Source: Phoronis australis (lineage: Eukaryota > Animalia > Phoronida). From it: 64,000 bases of DNA. This document shows, one piece after another, positions 11,673-24,275 of this stretch. The stretch is taken from NCBI GenBank assembly GCA_002633005.1, contig NMRA01000505.1:12453-76452 (forward strand). Direction: 5' to 3'. The stretch's first letter is position 1, and each line of letters opens with the position of its first letter. The notes under the pieces are model-generated. The model was not told the DNA's origin, searched no databases, and saw only the letters and a list, made by a program, of their open reading frames with translations. Position numbers and translations under genes: made by a program.

Positions 11673-14504
11673 ATACTGTGTTTTGTGTTGAAAAAGCCGA
11701 TACTGGTAATGTTTAAGCCGTATGCTCCGTCAACTACTTTATTGAGCATTTTTGTCACACACTGGCTGTAGGCACTCTTTTTTTTGTGTTTTTCAGTGTA
11801 TTGGGTCATTGGGTGGCTTGTATGAAATTATTTCAAAGCAAATGATTACATTGTCTCATCTTACATATTTTTGATCCTTCAATCTTTTTAAGAGACTAAT
11901 TTTTTTTCTGCTGAGCTTCGAGGAGATTAAACCGGCGTTTAGAAAGGATAGAGAAAATTATTGGAGACCACGGGAAGAACAGACGCAACCGGGAGAAGAA
12001 TAAATATCGTTTGGAATATTCAAAATAGATGCCATCTTGGATCAAGAAATTTATAATTGTACTTGCGCGTACTGTGATGTGGCATTATTTAAAGCCTCTC
12101 TTTAAATTTGAAAAGAAAGGTTGAGGTAAATAGCTGGATGAAAACTAATCATTTTAGTCACTTAATAGAAACCAGCATCTGGATAAGTTAGCTCTATATA
12201 TTTTTAAATCATAATTATCCTAAATGCAATTAATTTAAAATGTCTTGTTTTCACACTGGAAAACAGCACAGGTGATTTGAATCAAAATATGAAAGCCAAA
12301 AGTCGATAGTGTCAACTAAACCATATGCTTCACACTCTGTTTCAAGAAGATACTGAAGTCCTGTTACTAATACTTTAAAAACATCACAGTTATTACTTGC
12401 ATGGGCATGTATCAGAACCATCGACAGTATGGACCAGAGAATAATTTTGTACAAGCTCTAAGGGCAAGTGCAATTTAAAAAACAATTAATTAAAATGCAT
12501 TTTTATGACAGTGATTAGTAATGTTTCAAACTTTATTTCACATTTGATATTTTGACTGTCATACTTACTTATTAGTTTTGAATTAGTGTTCTGTTTAACG
12601 CTTAAAAACAGATTCTCCTGATAACTAACAGCTGTCAAATACAAAATGATTTATCACTCTCTTTCCCATGGATAATGCTTACCCTCTTCAAAAAGAAGTG
12701 GAGATTTTAGGTGATTGTTTTATATCTTTAATCATATGTATTGAAAAGTTAAAATCCTAGGGTATATTCCTAGTATGGCCCTACTTGTGGTGATTTCATG
12801 CAAAAGGTCAATCGGTACATTTTAATTAAAAAGCATTGAATTAATAGCAAAATACCAATATAGCTTAAATTCTGCAAAAGTTTGAATCATTCTGTATAGA
12901 GACCATAGTCACAAAAAAACACTTTAAAACTAGAAATTCAGAGCCTACGTCCATCCGTCACACTAACTCAACTTATATCGAGCTGTCTGACAAAAAATTT
13001 TTAGAAGATATCAAAACATTTAGTGTGTTGTACTTTGCAAACATTTCACTAAGTCATCTTGTTAAAAATTTTTAAAAAAATCAAATTCTGTGCGTATGTC
13101 CGTCACACCCATTTCAAGGCAATTTTCTCAGTCAGATTAAAAGATAGGGTAAAAGTTGATACATGCTTTGAAAGCTATTAGTGAGACCTATCAATTGATG
13201 TATTAATTATTTTCGTAGGATGAACATTTTTTACACAATTGATCAAAATATTCTCTGATTGTACGTCCGTCACAAATGGAATTGCCCACATTGTATTGTG
13301 TATCAGTTTAAACTCATTATCAATAAAAAATATATGTTCTTTGGTCATTCAGAAGTGCTGATATTAAGGATTCTATTGCGTTGTTCAAGTGTTCATCCAC
13401 TCATTAACAGGTATCTGCATATTTTGCATTCTCCGTAGCCCCTCCACGATCTGTGTGATGTTAGATTTCTGCATTGGCTTCTTGGGAAGATTTTTGTTCT
13501 TTGACCGCAAATTTGTTGCGAACACTCTGGAGCAGGACACCGTAAATGCTGTCTGAAGACAGAACAATTGCTCAGGGTTTGTTGAACTCGTGTTGTGTTT
13601 AATATGGACGGCTGAAGTGGAATTGCTAGTCCTGAATGTCATACCTTGTAATTTATGTAAGTCCCATTTAGACATCAACTGTTGGCGCAACTGACATGGA
13701 GCAAATTGATGGGTGTCAAGTTGCCGCTTACACACACAACTCACTAACTATGGCAGCAACAGCGTGGCATGTTGACTGCTCGTAAACAAAAGCAAACGAG
13801 GTAGAACAATGACTGACTCGACTGCTCTCACAGTCGGACTATATGAAAAGAAATTGTCGCAAAATTCTTGCCTCCCAAAATGTCACTTCCGGAGTAGACG
13901 ACGAGTAATTAAATTACGAAAAGCAGTAAATAAGTAAAAAATATTTGCTAAAAATGACATGAAAAAAGGTTGCCTTTGCCTTTAAGTAAAGCAATGTTAG
14001 GTCCAGTGTCCAACTAACAAATGGTACTGGTCGGCAAGGCTTTATCCAGGATTTTGGAAATAGGGCGTCCAATACAGGGTTCCCATTATTCCATGGTGTC
14101 CATGATTCCAACGGCGTGTTACTGCCACATTTCACAAGTAGTCCCCCACACAGTCAGGTTTTTACAAAAAATGTGTAAACCCAGGCTTTTACATCTACAT
14201 TTACAAAAACAGCTCCCCTGTTGTGAGCTTGTTTACTAAAAACAGTGCTTGGACCAAAACTTCTCCATCTAAATTTACGAAAATAGCCAAGTAGCTTACC
14301 AAACAAGTATTGCAGTGCTCTACTCAATTGCGCAATTACGTACACTACATAAACATAAAATATTGACTAAGTTACTTAAAATAGATGGCACCTTAGAAGG
14401 TGTATTTTGAATCACTTTTTCAAATTCTGTCTCATCAAACTGTTACCAAAGTGTTTTCATAAATAGCAAAACATGTAGTTTCAGTGCGTAAATGTTGTCA
14501 TCTG

Positions 14505-14790
14505 CTGGTTGTAGTGATGTAGTCATCCACTAGTTGTAGTGATGTCATCCACTGGCTGTAGTGATGTCATCCACTGGCTGTAGTGATGTTGTCATCCACT
14601 GGCTGTAGCGATGTCATCCACTGGCTGTAGTGATGTTGTCATCCACTGGCTGTAGTGATGTTGTCATCCACTGGCTGTAGTGATGTTGTCATCCTCTGGC
14701 TGTAGTGATGTTGTCATCCACTGGCTGTAGTGATGTTGTCATCCACTGGCTGTAGTGATGTTGTCATCCACTGGCTGTAGTGATGTTGCA
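14505..14790. repeat. 22/25-bp minisatellite (ctggctgtagtgatgttgtcatcca)n
   Basis: About 11-12 tandem units visible. Confidence 0.95.
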
Positions 14791-15504
14791 TTGGTGTAGT
14801 CAACTGTAATGAATGAGTAGTATACTGCCATTATACGGCTACACTTTTTTCGAAGGAAAGTAGACATATTTTTTCAAAATTTTGTTCCTTCAAATACATT
14901 TCCATCCTTTTTCTTTTTGGCATCCATTTTTTTTCACTCGCTGCATCTTTCCTTCAAAGTATTTTTATTAATTATGTCCATGATTGTTGTACAACTTATA
15001 TTACTGTTATTATTGGGCAGATGTAACATTACTTTTGCAAATCTACTATGCTCACACATTTGATAAATTTTGTTAAAAGAGTTATTTTTTGTAATATAAT
15101 TATTTTCAGGTGCAGTTGATCAGCATGTTGTGATTGGCTCAACTTCACAAATCTTGTGTTTGACAACTCACTTCTTGGTAACTGTTAAGCAAGACCAACA
15201 TCAAGCTATCGATCAATGTTTCAACTAAGTGTTATTAAGTTACTTTTTAGTGCAGAGAAAGTCAAAACAAAATCGGACAAATGTCTCGGATGGTCCCCAG
15301 TTTTGTGCTGTCATTACTTGTTGGTTTGCTGCATGTTTTCTTGACAGATAGAGCACCTGCTTTGCAACATCAATTGTCACATGACGCGTCATCTAGGATG
15401 TTACTGTCTAAATCCTGTGTGGCATTCTACTGCCCAAAAATTGGCAATGTTTATTGTTTTCATCAAATCTGGATCCATTGTTCTTGAGAACAGCAATTTG
15501 CAAA

Positions 15505-16212
15505 CAGGCAAATCACAATCAAGGTCCATATTCGGTGGCCACTTTTGGTGAAAAATAAAAGTTGTTATATAACTGTAAAAGTTGAGTTATTTTAAGGTAC
15601 CAGCATTCCAGGTTTGTAATCTAAAATATTTTTGCACAAGAACCACCAAATAAAACTTTATGGCCTAATGCACCACAGTTGTATAAAAGGGTACGTACAC
15701 TACAACTTGTGGTCACAGCCCACTTCTACCATGCAAAAATTTCATAAGGTAGCTGTTAATTTGATACTAAGTTCTTGATCAAATTGAAGAAGTATCACAT
15801 AGTTTACTAAAGTAAGAAAAGTTATTACTGTGCTGATCAAGTTGTTCTAAATGATGTTACATTGCATATCTTAACACAGTATAATGAGAACTTCTCTTGC
15901 AATATGATTCTTACAAAAAGAAAATGACAAGTAAATACTTTTTTCGAAAACTTTACTGGTGCTATTTGCCTAGTTTTCAATACATTCAGCAGTTGGTCAA
16001 AACAGTTAAGCAATGCTAGGCCTAGTGTTACACTTGTAAACAGTTAAAAATGGTACTGGTTGGGGGGTACGTACACTATGCACAGTCAATCAATGTCAAA
16101 TTTTTTCTAAGTTATAAATGTATGGGATGGTCTCGAGTTTTGTGCTGCCTCTACTTGTTGGTTTGTTGCAAGTTGTCTTGAGAGATAGAGAACCTGCCTG
16201 CACAACATCAGT
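15505..16212 (+). repeat. Left arm of ~700-bp inverted repeat (partner 21775-22466); a further partial copy at 15280-15495
   Basis: Direct reverse-complement match, e.g. ttcggtggccacttttggtgaaaa versus ttttcaccaaaagtggccaccgaa. Confidence 0.9.
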
Positions 16213-16254
16213 CTACTATAAATGAAAATATGGCTACCTGTTGCAGAATCAATA

Positions 16255-16375
16255 ATGAGAGAGGAAAGGAAAGGTGAGGATATTCCTGGAAAGATCTTTG
16301 TTGGTGGTCTTGCTAGTGATGTCGACGAGGCAGCTCTTGAGAGGTTCTTTGCTCGTTATGGCCGACTGTCTGAAG
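16255..16375 (+). CDS. RBMX: RBMX/hnRNP G-like RRM protein, first coding exon (MREERKGEDIPGKIFVGGLASDVDEAALERFFARYGRLSE)
   Basis: Acceptor ttgcag ends 16246, ATG at 16255, RNP2 motif KIFVGGL, donor G|gtaagt at 16376 (phase 1). Resembles the RBMX start PGKLFIGGL...GRIVE with the intron at the same position as in RBMX/CIRBP. Confidence 0.85.
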
Positions 16376-16493
16376 GTAAGTGCCATGCAGGTTCATTGTC
16401 TTTTGCTCATATTGCAGTGATGTATGCTTGGATGAGCTCCTTTGGTAAAGTAAGATGCCAACCAAAGTTGCTCTTTGAAAGCTCCCATAGTCA

Positions 16494-19400
16494 CGGGTGA
16501 GAAACAACATGACCGCCGGTCCTCTTAAATCAGACCGACTCGCCCAAAACAGGAACTCCGGGGATCAAATGGGACCGCCCCACCAGAAAACAGGACCGCC
16601 GGGGACTGATATGACCGCCGGGTATTGAAACCGCAATGACAAACGAGCTAAGATTTATTATCGGTAGGCCTACACAGATCATACAATGGAGCTATGTATG
16701 TAAGCATATGCAGGTCTTGTGCCAATTAATCGAATGAAGTCTTTTGTGCGCTACAGGACACTTTGCTTTGTAACACGCGGCGCTTTTAAGTTTTAACCAC
16801 AAACCAACCACGTTGCACGCTTTTGAGCTAAATACCTATAACTTTATCTACTGTTTTAGAACAAAATGAAAATCGTTTTAGTCAAGAAAAAAACTAAACG
16901 GGCGTTCTGGTTCTCTGGTGAAGCATCATAACTAGCCTTTGTGCGGCAAAGCAGTGTACTAAATATACAGCTTGGCTGTGGGTAAAACTCTGCACTTATA
17001 AAATCTTCACCGAATTAGTGTTATTAACGACACTCTTCCTAGAACTTTTTTATTTGTGCGGCAATCGTCCGGTTTTTAGTCTTATTGTGATTATACTGAA
17101 CACCTACTTCCATTCACTTTAAATCTAACTAGGTGATTATGTGACTAAATAATCAGTGATTTTAGAAAATCAGCTTGAGCAATATTCGTTAAACATTCAG
17201 TCAGACAGATTACCAGCAGTAACAGCCTGTATCTGCGCCTCTGTTTATGTCTTGGCCTTTGGCTTGTCCATAATTTTTGTCTGGTCTATGTCAAGGCCTT
17301 CCTTTGCCTTTCGGTGGTCCTCTGAGGTCATGTGATCGACCAGAGTTTTGATTCTAAAATGCACCAAGTCATGGCATAAGAGCAACAGTTGAAGTTGAGA
17401 GACGACTGTAGACCCAGCATGAAAAGTTTCCAGGGAAGGCTAACCAGTAACCGCAACAGCGTGTGCTTACACACCGCAGGTTTTCACTCATCATTTATTT
17501 GACTTAAGATTAGGTATTAACGAATGATAGGCAAAAATCAAAATTTAATAATGTGCTCTGTTCAAGTCAATGTAGTAATATAGACAGGGCTCGACATAAC
17601 GAGCTGCAGGTCGCATTTGCGACCTGAAATTTGGAAATGCGAGCTGAGATATTTGTCAGCTCGTATCAAGTCGCAAAATGCGAGCTGGAATTTCCAATGA
17701 ATGCGAGCTGAGTTTTTACACTTCTCAACAGATACCTGGCAAATACAAAGCAGCTCTTGTTAATCTGACCGTAATTTGGTTGTTGCCAAATCCAAGTTCA
17801 AAAGAACACTAACCGAGAACAGCCCTCCCGATGACTTGTAAGCAAGTCGCGTGAACATGGGATTTGCAGAATCGATCTTTGACGCGTTTCATTGGCTAAC
17901 ACTTTCAACCACTTTTGTAAATTATCGGATTCGCCGAAGAAAGTTTCAGGCCACAGCTTAACACGTGATAAAACTTCACAAAACAACGGTGTTTCTACAA
18001 ATTCTTAAGCGATCAACTTACCAAACTTTGTGGTGGACAAAAATGTTTATTTTTCACATAAGATGTCCTTATTACATGTACCAAATATCCACGACAATAT
18101 CCCTGATATCGCATTACGACACCGCCGCGCGCAAGCGGTCCCGGCAGACAATCGTGACTTAGACTGAGATGTGCTTCTCCTTTTTATCGTATTAAGACAA
18201 CCAAAGTGAAAATGACAACCTTATTAATCGCCAAACGACGGTCACGTCTTTAGTTTCAGTTGCCAAGAAATTCTCAAACCCTTTACTTGTTTCTGGGGCT
18301 ACGTGCGCGAAATATGATTCGTCTTTCACACCTTGTTGCCAACGTAAAGTGTAGGCCTACTCCAGCGATTCAAGTGCGTGAACTCATGCGTGCGCGCCAC
18401 TTCAAAGAACAGCGGCAGTCCTAAATGAAAGAGTATACCGGCTTGGTTCTGGTTTATTTGAAAATGAACTCAGATTCCCAGCGGTTATAANGCTCCCCGA
18501 ACCACCGTCACCGTAAAATGTTCCGACTCCTATAGAAACAACCTTGTTCCGGCTGAAAACAAAATCATTCCGGGTGGCTAAAAAGGGTACAATGTAGGTG
18601 GTAACGATATCCAGAAAGTCACCCCTTATACTAGATGGAGTTTGCCTCGTAAAATCGTATTACAACATTTCTTACCATTGCAGCGTTTTAATACCTTATT
18701 ACCGCAAACACTGAGATTAACGACTATGTTCACGCATGAGCCTACTCCCTACCTTTAAAGTGTTTCATAATAAGCGCTCACTGATCTATTAAAAGTCCCC
18801 CCTTAAATTTTGAGAATTTCCAATTAAGCGCCCACAGTTCAAGCTAGCGCCCATCATAGCGCAATACAAACGACCGTGTGTGGTTTAAAATTGACACGCA
18901 GCTTATATGGTGTGTCTCTTTCATTTTACACAACTTCAGTTTTCACAATATGTAAAAATCAAATCCCGGCTTTGTTTTATACCTCGGAAAGAAAGTTAAC
19001 ACTAGTGACATGCGTGTCGTTTTGTGACTGACCTAATTTTCCCGTACTTGGAAGGTATTGAGGAGCAAACTCGCCATTACCCGAGTTAGTTTGAATCGTT
19101 AACGACTTTGATGACAGCCAGTAGCAGGCCAGATCTAACAAAATCTCGGATACTTCTTCAACGGGAATTTTCTCCCTTTTCACATCGCAAATTTAGCTAC
19201 TCGAATGCACAAGTCAGTTAGAGAGCAATGATTCAACTTTCACGTCGGCAACTTGCCTTGCTAGAGTCTTTCAATGGCGGTCGTGAAGAACAGTGACGCT
19301 GTACCTGCATGAATGAAGTCAATTTTGATCCGAAATTTGTGAGTATTTAACGTTGTAGGTAAGAGCATAATTTAAACATTTTCTCGATGATCTAAAAAAA

Positions 19401-20600
19401 ATCTATTTTGGCGCGTAAAAATGGCGGGAAAATTTTGCGACCTGGCATTTACGAATGCGACCTGGGATTTTGGCTAGGTCGCAAAATGCGACCTGGCGAT
19501 TTTAATAGCGTCGAGCCCTGACAGATATCAGCTATCAAATACCAGTTAAATTAAGAGTGTAAAATATTAAGGGCTTGTTCCAACACAATTCCTTGAGTTA
19601 CAGAACATTGGACAAGTTAACCTTATAAAATTATTGCACAACGAACACGCAAACCAAATCGGGTGATTTTGCCGTGAAGAATCGGACTTGCGGACATTTA
19701 TTGCATGTCTTTAATTAAGCATTTTACAAGCAGACGCCATGAAAAACGAAACTGTAATGGCTTGATATAGCATTTGAGTCGGTGCAAAATGAAAAATTCT
19801 GTGTGCGCGCGGCACCGTGGTTATTGCTCTACATTGCCTCAACGACGTGATTTGAATGAAACCTTTTGATGAAATCCAGTTTCAGAAAACCGTGATCGGG
19901 CGATGAGTAGGCTACTTTTAACTGCACCTGGATTACTCATAATAACGCAATTTATATGGCGGGGAGGTATCGTAAACAATTTTCGACGGAGCTGCACTTC
20001 CGTGGCACTCACTCCAATAATTTGAATTACCGATTGCTTATCTGGGACGGCATTTCCCAAAAAATGGAAATGACATGGAGAAAACGTCAGATGGGCAAAT
20101 TGAGTTAGGCCTATTTATCGAGCATACTAGCAAAATTCACTAATCTTAGCAATTCAGATTAAAGCGCCATGAATGACGCGTTCGGGTATTTTTATTTCAC
20201 GGGCACATTTCTTAGATATTCAAAATAGTGCGCGGTTAACCCAAATGGGCGCAATTTGAAATTGCACTTACCTGAAATTTGAAGTACCCTTCGCCAGCGG
20301 GTTGCGTGGGCTGTGCTGGCGACAATATACGCAGTGCATACTGTCGCTGGTGCTGTCGTACCGCAGCCAAGGAAATGACTTTAGCCAGCCCTGCACGAAC
20401 TTTCTTTTCTTTGGCTCAACTGCTGTCTCAAAACTTGAGCTTGTAGTTGCTACAACGGATTCTGAATTCGGTACCACTGTGACTGTCGTAATCAGATTAA
20501 CATTTTGAGCGGTTTCAACTTCATAATGAGGTAGTTCATTTAACGTTGGCGCCGATTCCTTTCGTGGTTTAAAAAAATCCAATATATTTCGTTTTGCCAT
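16494..20600 (-). pseudogene. Decayed spliced hAT-type (ZNF862/TTF zinc-finger) transposase in the RBMX-like intron
   Basis: Exon 20600-20272 (…RKFVQGWLKSFPWLRYDSTSDSMHCVYCRQ…GTSNF, donor gtaagt) splices in frame to 17353-17214 (RIKTLVDHMTSEDHRKA…), which has an in-frame stop. VHCFA..RL motif near 16930-16970; terminus with gaccgcc subterminal repeats at 16494-16625. Confidence 0.75.
17585..19520. mobile_element. hAT-like non-autonomous element with ~5-bp TSD
   Basis: TIR CAGGGCTCGAC...GTCGAGCCCTG; tgcgacctg/tgcgagctg subterminal repeats; flanks ataga/acaga; contains N at 18491. A degenerate left-end copy lies at ~42269-42410. Confidence 0.8.
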
Positions 20601-21629
20601 GTCGCGACTCGCGAGATACAACTTACCAGGTTGCGCGTGCAAGGGAAAGTGACTGCTGACTGCTGAGTGCAGCTGGGCTGATGTAACATCAAGGAAGTCC
20701 CAGTAAGGTGGCGACATGATTGTTACACGCCGCCAGATGCACAGCACGTATATTGACTAAAGACTTCAGTTCGGAGACACTTTTAATTTCACCGCGAAGT
20801 GAAATTATGAAAACGACAATTAGGTCTGTAATAGTCTTTATTGCAGACATGGATTAAAAACCACTGCATAGCGTTACTGGTCAATAATTTATTGTCAGCA
20901 TGTTTTTGTTTGTGTAGCGAACTAAAGATATAACAATATACTATTTACAGCTTTGTAATTTCGGTACCCATTTCAATAAATCCGGAAATAATTCTCGACT
21001 TCAACACTATTTGTTAGGCTCCGGTATTCCGCAAATACTTTATTGGCCCATCCCACTTTTTCTCCAAACTAAATTTAACGGACGGGAGTTTCCGGATCTC
21101 CGTGTCCCGACCCTTATCCCAATGCCCCCCCCAGGACTGCAACTCCGAGCCTGTGTTCACTGTTCCCATGTTACCCCGTCCTTGTGTGTCCCCATGTTCT
21201 CCCTGTTCAATTCTAATGCAGGAATAATTTTTTTTCCTCAAAATATTTTTTACTATTTCGGTGCACATGTTCTCTTGCACCAAACGCACATCAATGAAAC
21301 TCGATTCCGTTATCATAAATGCAAAATGAGCGATCAGGGGAACTTGTACGGACGGCCCGACGCCGACGGACGGGGGATCATGAGCAACGGGAACAGCGAA
21401 ATGACCCGGCCTCCATCCATGCGAATAAGTTTTGAGCATAACATTTTTCCTCCCAAGTTTTGAGCATAACATTTTTCCTCCCGTTTTCAGAAATGTTCCT
21501 GAATCCACGTGAATCGTGTCCATACTTTGTTGTAGGCCTAAATCACGATTTTTATCAAGTTTTTGACGTGTGAGTTATGCTCGTCATACCTCTGTGCTAT
21601 AAAGTATTGCCCACAAGTATTTTTACATA

Positions 21630-22466
21630 CTGCTGTTCTCATGAACAATACTGATATTTCCAAAATGCATCCGGTTTGACAAAATAAAAAAACAATGGAC
21701 ATTGTTAAATTTGTGGGAAATAAAATGCCACACAGGTCTTGGCTAGTAACATCCTAGAAGACATGTCATGTGACAACTGATGTTGCAGAGGCACGTTCTC
21801 TATCTCTCAAGACAAGTTGCAACAAAACAACTAGTAGAGGCCTCACAAAACTCAAGATCATCCCATACATTTGTAAAATTTGACGTTGATTGACTGTACG
21901 TAGTATACGTACCCCCCAACCAGTACCATTTTTTACTGTTTATAAGTTGAACACTGGGCCTAACACTGCTTCAGCTATTTTGACCATCTGGTGAATGTGT
22001 TGAAAACTAGGTAAATAGCACCAACAAAGTTTTTGAAAAAAGTAGTTACCTGTCATTTTCTTTTTGTAAGAATCATATTGCAAGAGAAGAAGTTCTCATT
22101 ATACTGTGTTAAGACAGGCAATGTATCATCATCTAGAACAACTTGATCAGCACGGTAATAACTTTTCTTACTTTAGTATGTGATACTTCTTCAATTTGAT
22201 CAAGAACTTACTAAATTAACAGCTACCTTATGAATTTTTGCATGATAGAAGTGGGCTGTGACCACAAGTTGTAGTGTAAGTACCCTTATATGCAACTGCG
22301 ATGCATTAGGCCATAAAATTTTATTTGGTGGTTCTAGTGCAAAAATATTTTAGATTACAAACCTGGAATGATGGTACTTTAAAATAACCCAGCTTTTACA
22401 GTTATACGGCAATCTTCATTTTTCACCAAAAGTGGCCACCGAATATGGGCCTTGATTGTGATTTGG
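21630..22466 (-). repeat. Right arm of the inverted repeat
   Basis: Reverse complement of 15505-16212; 21630-21870 also matches 15280-15495. Confidence 0.9.
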
Positions 22467-22751
22467 CCATGAGCGTTCATGTGATTTGATGAACAAAGCC
22501 TCCTGAGCACGTCTCTGAAACCAGTTTTCTCTGTACACAACATTGACAGATTTAAAAAATGACTATGTCAAGATCCTGCATAGAGAACAAGAATGATTTC
22601 ATAAAGAGGTGTTTTTAAGTCATAGAAGTGAAGGTCTGCCAGTTACATCTCTTCAGTAACAATAATTGAGCTAAACTTGTTCTCTATCAAGATATTGCAC
22701 TACACTACCAGCACTTGCAAAACCAGATAGATGGCATGATTTAGAAAGAAA

Positions 22752-23424
22752 CCTGTGGTGTTCTACTGAGAAAGCTTTCTATGTGGTGTCCTGCTGAGAA
22801 AGCTTTCTGTGTGGTGTCCTACTGAGAAAGCTTTCTGTTTGGTGTCCTACTGAGAAAGCTTTCTATGTGGTGTTCTACTGAGAAAGCTTTCTGTGTGGTG
22901 TCCTACTGAGAAAGCTTTCTGTTTGGTGTCCTACTGAGAAAGCTTTCTATGTGGTATCTTACTGAGAAAGCTTTCTATGTGGTTTTCTACTGAGAAAGCT
23001 TTCTGTGTGGTGTCCTACTGAGAAAGCTTTCTGTTTGGTGTCCTACAGAGAAAGCTTTCTGTGTGGTGTTCTACTGAGAAAGCTTTCTGTGTTGTGTCCT
23101 ACTGAGAAAGCTTTCTGTTTGGTGTCCTACTGAGAAAGCTTTCTGTGTTGTGTCCTACTGAGAAAGCTTTCTGTTTGGTGTCCTACTGAGAAAGCTTTCT
23201 GTGTGGTGTTCTACTGAGAAAGCTTTCTGTTAGGTGTTCTACTGAGAAAGCTTTCTGTTAGGTGTTCTACTGAGAAAGCTTTCTGTGTTGTGTCCTACTG
23301 AGAAAGCTTTCTGTGTGGTGTTCTACTGAGAAAGCTTTCTGTGTTGTGTCCTACTGAGAAAGCTTTCTGTGTGGTGTTCTACTGAGAAAGCTTTCTGTGT
23401 GGTGTTCTACTGAGAAAGCATTCT
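22752..23424. repeat. 28-bp minisatellite (ctactgagaaagctttctgtgtggtgtc)n, ~24 copies
   Basis: Head-to-tail units, each with the 12-bp palindrome AGAAAGCTTTCT. Confidence 0.97.
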
Positions 23425-23571
23425 GAAAAACTGTCCTTGAGTATTTATTATGTTGTGGCAACTTTCATTTTGAAATGTGTGAGTTGAATTAACTGAGACC
23501 AGTAGTACAGTGTGTTTAGGAAGTTCAGTTCCGCAACAAAGTGTTTAAGTCGAAATTTATTATTTTACAAA

Positions 23572-23875
23572 GAGGAGGCAGTTTAGTCTAGTGAGATAAG
23601 TGACTGCTTCCTTTAGTTTTCTCAAGGTATTGGGTTGGCGTCCCACTGCGCCACACTGCTAGACCCTTGAGTAATGTCTTTAGCTTTTAAGCTGGATTTA
23701 ACTACATATTATTAATAAGGCATAAAAATGTTTCCAGGTGATCAGTGCAATGGGCCCACCTGAGCAGCCTGCATACGTCTGGTACAATGTGTAGCAGACC
23801 GTTTGGTACAATGTGTAGCAGACCGTCTGGCACAATGTATAGCAGACCGTCTGGCACAACGTGTACTCGACCGTT
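23572..23875 (+). mobile_element. tRNA-derived SINE remnant followed by a 24-bp tandem repeat (23765-23875)
   Basis: A-box-like tagtctagtg, B-box-like gggttggcgtccc, core-like gacccttgagtaatgtcttta; then (gcagaccgtctggtacaatgtgta) x ~4.5. Confidence 0.5.
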
Positions 23876-23946
23876 TGCAATGATCTTTTCATACAAAGAT
23901 GCACATACTGGTAGTTTGTATTGTTTTTGTGACATTTATGTTGTAG

Positions 23947-24053
23947 TCATGGTGATCAAAGATGCGAATACACGCACATCAAGAGGTTTTGGATTTGTTA
24001 CATTTGAAAATCCTATGGACTCTGAAGACGCTTTGAAGGGAGTATACGGCAAG
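23947..24053 (+). CDS. RBMX: RBMX-like exon with RNP1 (VMVIKDANTRTSRGFGFVTFENPMDSEDALKGVYGK)
   Basis: ttgtag acceptor; phase 1 join gives V; RNP1 RGFGFVTF; ends GK|gtgata (phase 0), matching the RBMX/CIRBP exon boundary. Confidence 0.9.
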
Positions 24054-24275
24054 GTGATATATGATTTATTAAAAGGAAAGGGCTGAAATGGTTTTGAAGT
24101 AATGTAGTGCATTTCTGTTCATAGAATTTATCACTATTCAGTACACTGACTGGGTCAGTTCCTTTGATACAGCAATTGTAAATACAAACGAACCAACATA
24201 CTGATTCCTTGCTTTAGTTGTTTTTTTATGAAAAAATGATGTGCGTGGGTACTCTGTGAAATTAGCATTAGTTTA

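Larger units (their letters stand above)
1415..13287. mobile_element. Possible outer DNA transposon (Sola2-like GRG termini) hosting nested insertions
   Basis: Termini GAGCAATTCC... and ...GGAATTGCCC; motif (g)tccgtcac at ~1950, 1965, 12955, 13097 and 13265. No matching TSD, so the two ends may belong to different copies. Confidence 0.4.

Noticed and set aside
21011-21523. Overlapping 150-aa and 169-aa ORFs
   Set aside because: No recognisable domain; GC-rich subterminal-like TE sequence with a short tandem duplication.
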